61,175 bases of DNA. Source: a virus. Taxonomy: Duplodnaviria; Caudoviricetes. The stretch lies in the IMG/VR virus record IMGVR_UViG_3300027892_000030, positions 1 through 61,175 of that record; one strand, 5' to 3'. Positions 37,770-47,175 of this stretch are shown one piece after another. The position numbers and the translations under genes were made by a program. The notes below the pieces were generated by a model that was not told the DNA's origin, did not search any database, and saw only the letters and a list, made by a program, of their open reading frames with translations. Each line of letters starts with the position of its first letter. The first letter of the stretch is position 1.

Positions 37770-38497
37770 TAATTAGTTGGTTTTGAGTTTGGTGCTTGAC
37801 CATCTATTCCTTCTTGACTTACATCTGTCTTAAGATTGAAATATGTAGATAGAAGTTTTTTAGATGTTAGTTCTAGCACTTGTTGTTCTAGATATCCAGG
37901 AAGAGGAAACTCTTTATCTAATGGATTCATACATAACTGTTCGTTTGTATATTCTGGTGTACCACATCCACATTCTGGATACATGATATCATTCTCTACA
38001 TCTTCTTCAAACAATGCTACAAATCTAATTGCTTTAAGCAAAGGATTGTTTACATATAAATATCCATTAGATATCCAATAGTATTCTTCATTCTTGATTA
38101 CAGGAAGCTTTAAAAGATTTATATATCTATTGATAGTTATTTCTTTTAACTTCTTTCCTACACCACTCATAGCGTTAATAGAATAAACTCCTTGTATTAC
38201 ATATTGGTAATTACCTTCTGATATACGTGGAAGCTTAAACTTAGTTCTAGATATGCTACATTCATCTACATAATTACAACATTCAGAAATAGATACCTCT
38301 ATCATTTCCAAACAAGGAATGGTAGTAAATAATGTATCAGTTGCCCATAACTTTCTAAGATTGGTTTCTCTTTTGATTAATAACAAAGAGTTGTTTCTTA
38401 TCTCAGATGCGATTGCTCTATCTGTAATAAGACTATCTGTAGAAAGTATCTTGTGGACACTTCTAACATCACTGACTAATTTTCTTAATGTTGCCAT
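37769..38497 (-). CDS. Tail ring protein
   Basis: 242 aa. IPCLEMIEV...RTKFKLP...YLYV...FPLP pattern and synteny. Confidence 0.55.
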   Translation of the reverse strand: MATLRKLVSDVRSVHKILSTDSLITDRAIASEIRNNSLLLIKRETNLRKLWATDTLFTTIPCLEMIEVSISECCNYVDECSISRTKFKLPRISEGNYQYVIQGVYSINAMSGVGKKLKEITINRYINLLKLPVIKNEEYYWISNGYLYVNNPLLKAIRFVALFEEDVENDIMYPECGCGTPEYTNEQLCMNPLDKEFPLPGYLEQQVLELTSKKLLSTYFNLKTDVSQEGIDGQAPNSKPTN

Positions 38498-38499
38498 AA

Positions 38500-39711
38500 T
38501 TATATTCGAGTTTCAAACTCTGCTATCTTACCTAGATTAAGATCATAGACTAAAGCAAGAGCTGCACGTACTGAGTGTACGAAGTTATTATCTAAGTGCC
38601 ATCTATCAGTTCCTGATAAGCTAGGCATTTGTTGTATTCTTACTCCCTTTACCTCTTTAGCCATATAGTGATGTTTATCACCTGTATGTATCTCTCTGTA
38701 TTTAGCATTACCAAATGCTTGACTATATTCTGGATGTGTGGCAAACAATAATGGTAAGTCTTCTAACTTACAATTACCATGGTGCCAACCAATGAATGTA
38801 TTTCCTAACGATATTGCTTTTATTACACTATGGTCTCTTATAAAATCTACGTCTACAGCTTCTTTGAAAAATACATCTAGTGCATGAGCTAAGTAAAAAG
38901 ATTTAGTTCTGTCATGATTTCCTTGTACTAAGACTACTACAACTTGATGTGAATGAGCTCTTAACATATTGATAGTATCAACTAGTACATTAAAACCTAA
39001 TTCATATTCTTCTGAGTAATCCATTATAGTGTCCTGTGGAGTACCATTTGTAGTTTGATGTTGATAGTTATCAGTGTGAAAGAAATCGTTCGATATAGGA
39101 AGCACTACAGTGTTTATATCATAGTTAGCTTCCACTTTATTAATCAAAGACTGAGCCACATTGAAATATCTCAAAGCTCTAGTTGATGGATCATTATCAC
39201 CATCTATTGTTTTCTTAGCTAAATGGTAATCAGCTATAGAGATTTCCACATTCACAAAATCTTTGTGTACTTGAAAATCTGGTTTGGTAATCTCTATGTT
39301 AGTTGGTTTGTATTTTTCTAAGAATCTAGCAAAGTCCTCAGGAGAGTAATCTTTTGCTTCTTTCTTCTTGGAGAAGACTGAGGAAGTAAACTTCCCACTT
39401 GGTAACATCTTAGACCAGTAGTTTGTAATTACATACTTATCTAAGTTTATCTTATGTAGCTTAGCTAGTTCAATATCATCTTTAGGTTCATAGTCAGTAA
39501 CTATTGTACTTTCCATTGTTCCTCTTTCTAGGTTCACTTTACGTTCTCCTGTGTAGTTTACTGTAGGTTCAGTATCTTTTTCTTTAAGTTCTCTCATGAG
39601 CTCATTGACCTCAAATTCACTTATTCCTAATTTCTCAGCATAGAATTTTTTACTTTTCTTCTGGGTTAACAACTCTTCTAATCGGTATAACAAGCTTTGA
39701 TTTTCAGACAT
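38500..39711 (-). CDS. Calcineurin-like metallophosphoesterase with N-terminal HTH
   Basis: All five motifs present: ADYH, NDFFH, GNHD, HHG, GDKHH. N-terminal YAEKLGISEFEV HTH-like helix pair. Confidence 0.85.
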   Translation of the reverse strand: MSENQSLLYRLEELLTQKKSKKFYAEKLGISEFEVNELMRELKEKDTEPTVNYTGERKVNLERGTMESTIVTDYEPKDDIELAKLHKINLDKYVITNYWSKMLPSGKFTSSVFSKKKEAKDYSPEDFARFLEKYKPTNIEITKPDFQVHKDFVNVEISIADYHLAKKTIDGDNDPSTRALRYFNVAQSLINKVEANYDINTVVLPISNDFFHTDNYQHQTTNGTPQDTIMDYSEEYELGFNVLVDTINMLRAHSHQVVVVLVQGNHDRTKSFYLAHALDVFFKEAVDVDFIRDHSVIKAISLGNTFIGWHHGNCKLEDLPLLFATHPEYSQAFGNAKYREIHTGDKHHYMAKEVKGVRIQQMPSLSGTDRWHLDNNFVHSVRAALALVYDLNLGKIAEFETRI

Positions 39712-39739
39712 ATGTACTCATATTAGTTAAAAAATATTG

Positions 39740-39771
39740 TAAAGATAAACAATTGTTTTTATATATTCCAA
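39740..39771 (-). promoter_or_regulatory. Bacteroidota-type promoter upstream of the phosphoesterase/tail genes
   Basis: TTG-N21-TATCTTTA, a one-mismatch -7 box. Confidence 0.5.
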
Positions 39772-39796
39772 ATAATTTTAGTTAGAGATGGAATTA

Positions 39797-39819
39797 TTTA
39801 TAACTAAATTAGTTATAAA
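39797..39819. promoter_or_regulatory. 23-bp palindromic operator-like site, copy 2
   Basis: TTTATAACTAA-A-TTAGTTATAAA with perfect 11-bp arms. Confidence 0.6.
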
Positions 39820-39821
39820 AC

Positions 39822-39849
39822 AAAAACTCCCCAAGAAGATCTTGAGGAG
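39822..39849 (-). terminator. Intrinsic terminator after the Cys/Thr-rich gene block
   Basis: Minus strand CTCCTCAAG-ATCTT-CTTGGGGAG followed by TTTTTGTTTT. Confidence 0.75.
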
Positions 39850-39884
39850 AAAACTTGTAAAACCAACAAAACAAGATTTTTTTA

Positions 39885-40382
39885 TTAAGGTAGAGTTGTA
39901 GAAGTGGTTGTTGTTGAACTTGTTGAACAAGTTCCTATGATGCTCATAGATTCACTACTACTCATTATAGCCAATGCACAAATAGTATATGTGCAAGATG
40001 GGCTAACACATGTATCATTAACTGTTTGTATAATTCCATCACAATCTATAAACTGTGCTGTAAATGTAGTGGTGTAAGGATCACTTTCAAATTCATAACA
40101 AGTGTTAGGAATAGTGGTAGATGTAGTTGTTGTGCTACTTGTACTACTAGTTGTACTTGTTGTAACATAGACTGGTACATCAACATAGTTGTTACAATCT
40201 TCTGTAGATTGTATTCTTATGATTGTTGCATAATCAGGAACTGCTGAAGAAGCAAACCCTGAAAGTAATGATGCTTTACTTACTCCTACAGCAAATGCTG
40301 ATGTATATGCATCAAGATCTGTTAGTAAGTTGAAGGGGCCTGTATCAGCCCCAGCAACTGTTAATGTTATTAATACTGTCAT
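39885..40382 (-). CDS. Cys-rich, Ser/Thr-linker virion accessory protein (165 aa)
   Basis: N-terminal GPF...STxxC module, Thr/Ser tract, Cys module, second tract. Paralog of the adjacent 271-aa gene. Confidence 0.6.
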   Translation of the reverse strand: MTVLITLTVAGADTGPFNLLTDLDAYTSAFAVGVSKASLLSGFASSAVPDYATIIRIQSTEDCNNYVDVPVYVTTSTTSSTSSTTTTSTTIPNTCYEFESDPYTTTFTAQFIDCDGIIQTVNDTCVSPSCTYTICALAIMSSSESMSIIGTCSTSSTTTTSTTLP

Positions 40383-40403
40383 TAGTTTTAAATTTATTGG
40401 TTA

Positions 40404-41219
40404 TTAAGGTGTACAATTAGTATTTATTATTGTTACTGTTGCGGATCCACAAGTAATAACTGGAGGTAAACCACCACCCCAACTACAGAAATTATATGGA
40501 TCTTGTCCAAGCGATATAGATTGAGGAAACATTGTATGTGGTGCTTCACAAAGAGGATATTCAAATGATACAGCTCCTGGACATGAACCATTATCTACTA
40601 AATCAGAAAGTACATATGACCAGCAATCTCCAGTTGGAAGTCCACCTGTACAATTACCATCTGCTATTGTGTATGCAGGATAATTATCACTTGTAATTTC
40701 TCTAGCACATATAACAGTTGGAGGTGACTCAATATCTACAGTTACAAATGCTGGATCACCAAGACAATCAATATACTCTATATTGTGTGCATTTGTACCA
40801 TTCCAATTTATTATATATTGTAAACATGCTAATGTAGTAGTTGTTGTCGTTGTTGGTGCAGCTGTTGTAGTGCTAGTTGTTGTAGAAGTACTAGTTGATG
40901 TACTTGTACTTGTGCTAGTAGATGTGCTGGTAGAAGTACTTGTGCTTGTAGAAGTTGATGTACTAGTAGATGTACTAGAACTAGTAGTAGTGGTAGTTAA
41001 ATTGATTGGTATATCAATATAATTTGTACATGTTCCTGTAGATCTCACTCTAATTATAGTTGCTAAATTAGGTACAGCAGATGATGTATAACCAGCTTGT
41101 AAAGCAGCTGCAGATATACCTGTTGCAAATGGTACTGAATATCCATCTGCATTTGAATAAAGATCGAAAGGACCAGCGTCCCCACCAGGTGGTATAACCA
41201 ATGTTATTAATGTTGTCAT
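40404..41219 (-). CDS. Cys-rich, Ser/Thr-linker virion accessory protein (271 aa)
   Basis: Same N-terminal module as the 165-aa gene, a ~55-residue (ST)n tract and two Cys modules. Confidence 0.6.
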   Translation of the reverse strand: MTTLITLVIPPGGDAGPFDLYSNADGYSVPFATGISAAALQAGYTSSAVPNLATIIRVRSTGTCTNYIDIPINLTTTTTSSSTSTSTSTSTSTSTSTSTSTSTSTSTSTSTSTTTSTTTAAPTTTTTTTLACLQYIINWNGTNAHNIEYIDCLGDPAFVTVDIESPPTVICAREITSDNYPAYTIADGNCTGGLPTGDCWSYVLSDLVDNGSCPGAVSFEYPLCEAPHTMFPQSISLGQDPYNFCSWGGGLPPVITCGSATVTIINTNCTP

Positions 41220-41248
41220 ATTATTAGTTTATTATTAATTTATATAAA

Positions 41249-41998
41249 TCAAGGTGGAGTTGGATTTGGGATCTCACAATAAGTTGGATTACCACAAGTA
41301 GTTGGAGTGATATTTACAATAGCTGAATCTGCAGTTGACATTACATTATTATCTATCACTGTACCACAATGTAATGTAAATGGAGAAGCAAGTATAAAAT
41401 ATTGGAATACTTGACCAACAGTTGCAAATGAAGCATTATACACTACATCTCTATAACCTAATCCATCACAACCATCTAATCTAATACAACGATAAGGAGC
41501 AGGAGGAGCAGTTGTAGATGATGTTGTTGTAGAACTTGTTGATGTTGTTGTAGAACTTGTTGATGTGCTTGTACTAGTTGATGTTGATGTTGATGTTGTT
41601 GATGTTGATGTTGATGTAGAAGTAGAAGAACTGCTTGTAGTAGTAGTTGTAGGATCTGGAAGTTGATTAGCAACTCCTGTAAATGCACAATCAAATGGAT
41701 CTGGTAATTGATTAGCAGTTCCAGTGAAATCACATATAGGACAACATATAGCAAGTTGATTATATATATTTTCTATATCCTCTGTAGCAATCATTACATC
41801 TTCTGTAAGATTTGTTATATCTTCTGTAAGTGAATTTACATTAGCTTGAGCAGTGCATATCACTGCATCAAACTTAGCAAGGATTGTATTTAAACCATCA
41901 CATGTATCTACATCTGTACAAGGAAGTGGAGTGCCATTATATGTGACAGCACTCGTTCCTAGTATTGTTGTATTATTTATTTGAGAGCAGTTAGCCAT
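41249..41998 (-). CDS. Fibre-like Cys-rich protein with coiled coil and Ser/Thr linker (249 aa)
   Basis: YNGTPLPC...LNTILAKFD module shared with the 650-aa gene, heptad segment, 15-aa tandem repeat, long S/T tract. Confidence 0.6.
   Translation of the reverse strand: MANCSQINNTTILGTSAVTYNGTPLPCTDVDTCDGLNTILAKFDAVICTAQANVNSLTEDITNLTEDVMIATEDIENIYNQLAICCPICDFTGTANQLPDPFDCAFTGVANQLPDPTTTTTSSSSTSTSTSTSTTSTSTSTSTSTSTSSTTTSTSSTTTSSTTAPPAPYRCIRLDGCDGLGYRDVVYNASFATVGQVFQYFILASPFTLHCGTVIDNNVMSTADSAIVNITPTTCGNPTYCEIPNPTPP
41652..41734 (-). repeat. In-frame 45-bp tandem duplication (CxFTGxANQLPDP x2)
   Basis: CDFTGTANQLPDP-FD-CAFTGVANQLPDP. Confidence 0.8.
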
Positions 41999-42018
41999 TT
42001 TATAAATTTATTTAATGT

Positions 42019-43971
42019 TTATGTAGGTATACATGTAGCATTCACTGAACAATCTGAATATAGAACATTGTATGTACTAGCTATAGCAGGGAAGTATATA
42101 GGTACATTATTTTTATAATAGAATAGTTGTATAGTGTTTATTGCTGATGTTTTAATACAGAAACCATCAACTCCTGCAGTTGTATACGCAGCATCTACTT
42201 CTGAATCATCACATCCACTATTTTTTGAAGTTCTTAAATAAACTGTATTGTTAGCTAAACCTAACACAGGTGTGTTACCTGTAGCATCATCTAAATCTGT
42301 TTGAGATATAGTGACTTGCATACATGTACAACCATAAGGATAAGCTGTTGTACTTGTTGTAGAAGTAGAACTTGTTGTGCTACTTGATGTACTAGTTGTT
42401 GAACTGGTTGATGTACTGGTTGAACTACTAGAAGTAGTAGTTGTAATCTCACTACATGTTGTAATACTTACAATATATCCATCTACAATTTCTGTTACTT
42501 CACAAGGTTCATGATTTGTAATATAAAAACCATTAGCTAGTAATTCACAACTAGTTCCTGTTCCAGCATAAACAAGTTGACCAACAGCAAATATAACACT
42601 TTGTCCAAATAAAGAAGTTTCAGCAGGACCAATAGTATTTACATAAGAACATGCAGTACATGCTTCTAACAATGAACCAGTGTAATCTACAACTCCTGAA
42701 CCATCATCGTATGAATTAAAATATTCTATAGTTGTTAGTCCTTGTGGTCTACATCCTGAATAAGAAGTGGTGGTACTTGTTGTAGGTTCAATTGTTGTAC
42801 TTGTGGTTGTTGTACTACTAGTACTACTAGTTGTTGTTGTGCTACTGGTTGTGCCTTCACAAGGTCCTTCTGATGTAATACTTCCTAAAGTGATAATAGG
42901 GAAAGTTTCTGAACAAAATATAAAAGGATTATCAAAATCTCCAGCTGGTTGAGTTATTATTATATGAGTATCACCTTCTCCACCACATTCATCCCATTCT
43001 ATAGTTACTAAAGTTTCTGGATTAATACCTGTAAGATTCCAATTCCATCTTGTACAAAAAAGAGTGGTAGTTGAAGTGGTTGTAGGATCTGCAGGACATG
43101 ATTTATCAATACAATTTTCTCCTATTGTAATAGTAACATTAGGACTACTAGCTTCTCCTTCAGATCCACAAACTTTTATAATTTGATTAGGAAGTATTTG
43201 AATTGGTCTACTAGAACTATTATCACAATCTAAATAACTTATAATATGACTTACATCACCCTGATTTTCAAATGTTAAACATTCACAAGGAATAGCTGTA
43301 GTTGTTGTGGTGGTAGTTGAACTTGTACTAGATGTGCTAGTAGATGTTGTTGATGTAGTACTACTAGTTGGAGGAAGACAAGGACCGTTTGGTGTAACAA
43401 TAATAGTTCCAGGAACAGTTAAAGGACTGTCTGTTACAACACAAATATTTGTATCTCCTGGGTTTAATATAATAGCTTCTGGCTCTCCTGTATCACAATT
43501 AGTAATAATTATAGCTACTGGATCAACTCCTGTATTATCTAATGAGAAGTTTTCACAAGGATGTATTGTTGTTGTACTTGTTGTAGTAGAAGTAGAACTT
43601 GAACTAGTACTAGTAGTGGTTGTACAACATTCACCTAATTGATTATATATATTAATAATATCACCATTGATAGTTATTATCTGTGTAGTGATATTAGTAA
43701 CTTGATTAGTTAATATATTAATCTGTGTTAGTAGATTACATATAATCTGATCAATCTTTTGTAATATCACATTAAGTGTATCACATGGTTCAGCAGTGGT
43801 ACAAGTTAATGCAGGACCATCATAAACAATAGTACTAGAAGCAGTTAAATGAGTACTACATGGATCATTGTTATTACAACCACTATTAGTGATTGTAGAA
43901 CTACATCCGCAAGGACTATTCAAAACTACATCTGTACAGCAAGGATTTACTGGTAAATATGGATATGCCAT
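42019..43971 (-). CDS. Multi-module Cys-rich fibre-like protein with multiple Ser/Thr linkers (650 aa)
   Basis: YDGPALTC...LNVILQKID plus coiled coil, then Cys modules separated by S/T tracts. Confidence 0.6.
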   Translation of the reverse strand: MAYPYLPVNPCCTDVVLNSPCGCSSTITNSGCNNNDPCSTHLTASSTIVYDGPALTCTTAEPCDTLNVILQKIDQIICNLLTQINILTNQVTNITTQIITINGDIINIYNQLGECCTTTTSTSSSSTSTTTSTTTIHPCENFSLDNTGVDPVAIIITNCDTGEPEAIILNPGDTNICVVTDSPLTVPGTIIVTPNGPCLPPTSSTTSTTSTSTSSTSSTTTTTTTAIPCECLTFENQGDVSHIISYLDCDNSSSRPIQILPNQIIKVCGSEGEASSPNVTITIGENCIDKSCPADPTTTSTTTLFCTRWNWNLTGINPETLVTIEWDECGGEGDTHIIITQPAGDFDNPFIFCSETFPIITLGSITSEGPCEGTTSSTTTTSSTSSTTTTSTTIEPTTSTTTSYSGCRPQGLTTIEYFNSYDDGSGVVDYTGSLLEACTACSYVNTIGPAETSLFGQSVIFAVGQLVYAGTGTSCELLANGFYITNHEPCEVTEIVDGYIVSITTCSEITTTTSSSSTSTSTSSTTSTSSSTTSSTSTTSTTAYPYGCTCMQVTISQTDLDDATGNTPVLGLANNTVYLRTSKNSGCDDSEVDAAYTTAGVDGFCIKTSAINTIQLFYYKNNVPIYFPAIASTYNVLYSDCSVNATCIPT

Positions 43972-43983
43972 CTTATTGATTTA

Positions 43984-45087
43984 TTAAGGTCTGTATTGAA
44001 TATAATAACAACCTAATCCAGGTTGGAAGTTCTCATGTGATAATCCTCCTCCTTGTGATGCTATTGTTAATGTTGTATTTGCTGTTAATGTAACATTTTC
44101 ATTAGTTAATGTAGTGTTCACAGGAATTGATGCTCCAGCTGATCCAGTTCCACTAGAAGTAAGTTGACTACTTGTAAATGGTACTTGAGGAGATATTACG
44201 TGTGTGTGAGGATTAGGAGATATAGCAGTGGTAGCTGTACTACCAGGGTGAGCATGTGCAGGTAGTTGTGCTGCAGTTAATGTAACACCATTTGTACCTA
44301 ATGGTACATTTAATGTATAATTAGGATTACCAAGTGCTGGATCAACTTGAGGAGAATATGCACTACCACCAGGAACAGCTGTAACTCCTACAGGAACTCT
44401 ACCTCTTAAATCAGGAGTTCCATTTATTCCATTACATAGATATATTTTATCCCAATCACCAAGTCCTACTCCTGTACTAGAAAAGTTACTTAATGGTCCA
44501 AAATAAAGAACAACAGAATAAGGAACCATTCTATTACTAATTAAATTAGCAGTAGAAGAATGTGTAGCTAAATAGTTAGCAATATAAGCATCTAACTCAG
44601 CACCATTACTTGAATAGTTTAAAGTTAGATCAGCTGCAAGAGCTACTAAATTAACTTCTATTTGACATAATTTATTTATTACAGCTTGTACAATAGCATG
44701 TGTATCTGAAGATGCTGTAACACCTGTTAAACATCCAATTGTATAATCAGCATTCAATGTAGCAAGATCTGCATCAATAGCATCTACTTGTTCTTGAAGA
44801 TCACAAGCAGCTTGTATAAGAGCTTTTGATATATCTACAATAGAAAGATCTCCACAAGTAGGAAGATATTGTTGCACAAGATCACATACCACTGTAGTTC
44901 CAAGATCTATCTTCACTCCTGTACCATCTAATGTTGATACAAGGAATGTAATCAATGCTTGTTCTACAAATGATAATGAATCACCTGTTTGAATTCCTAG
45001 GACAGGAACATCTATTCCTGTATATTTAACACATCTGTCAGAGACAATCTCTGTACATCCGTTATAACAATTTGAGCAATTGGACAT
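43984..45087 (-). CDS. Tail fibre-like protein with phage tail-collar domain
   Basis: LCNGINGTPDLRGRVPVG, G...VTLTAAQLPAHAH and GGGLSHENFQP are tail-collar (short tail fibre) signatures. Cys-rich N-terminus with CVKYTG...GIQTGDSL. Confidence 0.75.
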   Translation of the reverse strand: MSNCSNCYNGCTEIVSDRCVKYTGIDVPVLGIQTGDSLSFVEQALITFLVSTLDGTGVKIDLGTTVVCDLVQQYLPTCGDLSIVDISKALIQAACDLQEQVDAIDADLATLNADYTIGCLTGVTASSDTHAIVQAVINKLCQIEVNLVALAADLTLNYSSNGAELDAYIANYLATHSSTANLISNRMVPYSVVLYFGPLSNFSSTGVGLGDWDKIYLCNGINGTPDLRGRVPVGVTAVPGGSAYSPQVDPALGNPNYTLNVPLGTNGVTLTAAQLPAHAHPGSTATTAISPNPHTHVISPQVPFTSSQLTSSGTGSAGASIPVNTTLTNENVTLTANTTLTIASQGGGLSHENFQPGLGCYYIQYRP

Positions 45088-45104
45088 ATTATTTATTTTT
45101 ATTG

Positions 45105-47066
45105 TTAATTATTTATTAAACGTACTGATAATCCAAACACTTTTGAAAGAGTATTATTAAATATCTGACCAGAAGTGTTAGTTAATTTATATGTATTACC
45201 ATCAGTAGATGTAGAGCCATCAGCTGCCCAGTGCACTGATTCATTACCTCTTTGATCAAACACACCTAAATTATTTATAAAACCTCCAGGAAATGCGGTA
45301 AATCCACTACTGTTCGTAGCATCTGTATTTGGAGAATTCCAACCCCAAGGTGATAGACCAATATCTTTCATAGCACCTCCTGCAACAGTATTGCTACCTA
45401 AGTAACTAATTAAAGTATTCCATTCTGCAGTGGTTGGAACATGTTTTCCAGCTGGGGCTAATCCTCTCGGATCATTTATAGCATACCAGTTATAAAGTAC
45501 ACTACCACTATTAGGATCATTATTATACCAACACCAAGCGCCTGTTGTTAAGTTTGCCCATGTAGTACTATTTGTAACTTCTGGTATTGGATCACCATTA
45601 GCATATTGAGTAACTCTTAAATCTGATTCATCCCAAGATTGTGTACCAATAATTACTGGAGAATCTGAAACACATAAACCTTCTGCTGTTATAATTCCTA
45701 CAGTAACAACAGGAGAAATTCCAGAACAGAAATTTGACCAAGCATCAATAAAATTTGCAACTGAATCTGTTAATGTATAAGGAGTAGGAGGATCTAAACA
45801 TTCACCAAGTTCTATAGTTGTTTCAAGTAATGGATCTATACCTGTAAGATCCCAATTATATTGTTGACAATAATAAATATTAAATACAGCACATTCTGGA
45901 GCTTGTGATGCTCCGTTTAAGCTTTGTCCTACATTTGCAACAAGAGTTAATACTTCTGTATCTAAATTAAGACTAAATATTTGACCATTGTTATCACAAA
46001 CATGTATTACTCCTGCATCTATATATAATCCCCAAGGATTAGTTATAGAAGAAATATTAATATCTACAAGTATTGCTCCTGTAGAGTAATCATGTATAGT
46101 TATGTATGTATTACTTGTTATATTATCTACGTAAGAACAAACTAATTGATTTGATGTAGTGTAAATTAAATCTCCTGAAATATCTCTATTTACAGGCATT
46201 GGGAATTTACTAGTTATTCCTGCAGTTGTAGTAGTTATATCAACTTCAACAATGTCAGTTCCTATTGAACTAACTAATGTTACATCATCAATTGCTGTCA
46301 TACCTGAACCAAATGTTCCAGAAGCTAGATTTATGTTTTTATTGTATGTAGCTGCAAATGGACAGAAATTATTTATATCATATTCAGATATATCTGTTTG
46401 TGTATACAACCATAATTTATTTACTGTGTTTGCAATATCACCAGTTATAGGAATAGGTCCTGAAATTTGTGATGTTAAATCAGTTGTTACACCATCTTTA
46501 TATATAAACACACCACTACCTTTACTAAATAAAGGAAGACATTCTGTTACACAGAAAGGTATTCCAGTAGTTGTACTTGTTGTTGTAGAAGTTGAAGAAC
46601 TAGTAGAACTTGTAGTAGTGCTTGTAGAACTTGAACTTGTAGTAGTAGTTGATGTACTTGTAGAACTAGTTGAACTTGAACTTGTTGTAGTAGTTGTAAT
46701 TCTTTGAGTTGTACTAGTTGTTGTAGTTGAAGGATTTAATACAATTGTAATATCACAAGGTTCTTCTAAACAACGTTCTAATTCATTACATCTACTAACA
46801 CATCCTAATGTAAGACGTATCACTCTACTAGCTATCATCTTAACTGAGTACTGATGTACGTAGTTAGGATTACAATATTTATAAGTTAATATTCTTCTGT
46901 AGCCTATTAACTGAAGAATGTCACCAGCAGGTATAGGTTTGTTCAACATATATGAAATATTGTTGTACAAGTTATTACCAAGTTCTGCTAACTTACAATC
47001 TATCTTTTTAAGTAGAGAAGGTATATCAGCACATTCTGGGCAATCATTTAGTCTTGGTGATAACAT
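45105..47066 (-). CDS. Putative receptor-binding/hub-anchored protein: helical N-terminus, S/T linker, beta-propeller-like region, Cys module, C-terminal Fibrobacter succinogenes major domain (C-lectin-like fold)
   Basis: C-terminal IGTQSW...AWCWYNND...LYNWYA...LAPAGKHVPTTAEWNTL...ATNSSGFTAFPGG...GLSVRL matches the Fib_succ_major signature. Confidence 0.7.
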   Translation of the reverse strand: MLSPRLNDCPECADIPSLLKKIDCKLAELGNNLYNNISYMLNKPIPAGDILQLIGYRRILTYKYCNPNYVHQYSVKMIASRVIRLTLGCVSRCNELERCLEEPCDITIVLNPSTTTTSTTQRITTTTTSSSSTSSTSTSTTTTSSSSTSTTTSSTSSSTSTTTSTTTGIPFCVTECLPLFSKGSGVFIYKDGVTTDLTSQISGPIPITGDIANTVNKLWLYTQTDISEYDINNFCPFAATYNKNINLASGTFGSGMTAIDDVTLVSSIGTDIVEVDITTTTAGITSKFPMPVNRDISGDLIYTTSNQLVCSYVDNITSNTYITIHDYSTGAILVDINISSITNPWGLYIDAGVIHVCDNNGQIFSLNLDTEVLTLVANVGQSLNGASQAPECAVFNIYYCQQYNWDLTGIDPLLETTIELGECLDPPTPYTLTDSVANFIDAWSNFCSGISPVVTVGIITAEGLCVSDSPVIIGTQSWDESDLRVTQYANGDPIPEVTNSTTWANLTTGAWCWYNNDPNSGSVLYNWYAINDPRGLAPAGKHVPTTAEWNTLISYLGSNTVAGGAMKDIGLSPWGWNSPNTDATNSSGFTAFPGGFINNLGVFDQRGNESVHWAADGSTSTDGNTYKLTNTSGQIFNNTLSKVFGLSVRLINN

Positions 47067-47077
47067 ATTATTATTTT

Positions 47078-47173
47078 TTAATTATTTACTTTAGAAGCAC
47101 AGTGTGCACACAGTCCATTTCTCAATTGACATCCACACCCCACATTAGCTCCACATGAATTACATTGTGCCAT
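47078..47173 (-). CDS. 31-aa Cys-rich microprotein MAQCNSCGANVGCGCQLRNGLCAHCASKVNN
   Basis: Below the ORF-track cutoff. ATG 2 nt after the upstream stop and TAA 11 nt before the next start, so it fills the gap. CxxC-CxC-CxxC pattern. Confidence 0.7.
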   Translation of the reverse strand: MAQCNSCGANVGCGCQLRNGLCAHCASKVNN

Positions 47174-47175
47174 AA

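Noticed and set aside
39885-46740. CRISPR array or mobile repeats in the GTA/GTT-rich stretches
   Set aside because: These are degenerate codon runs for in-frame Ser/Thr linkers, with no constant repeat-spacer period.
45105-47066. Diversity-generating retroelement
   Set aside because: A target-type domain is present, but no reverse transcriptase or template repeat was seen in the window.
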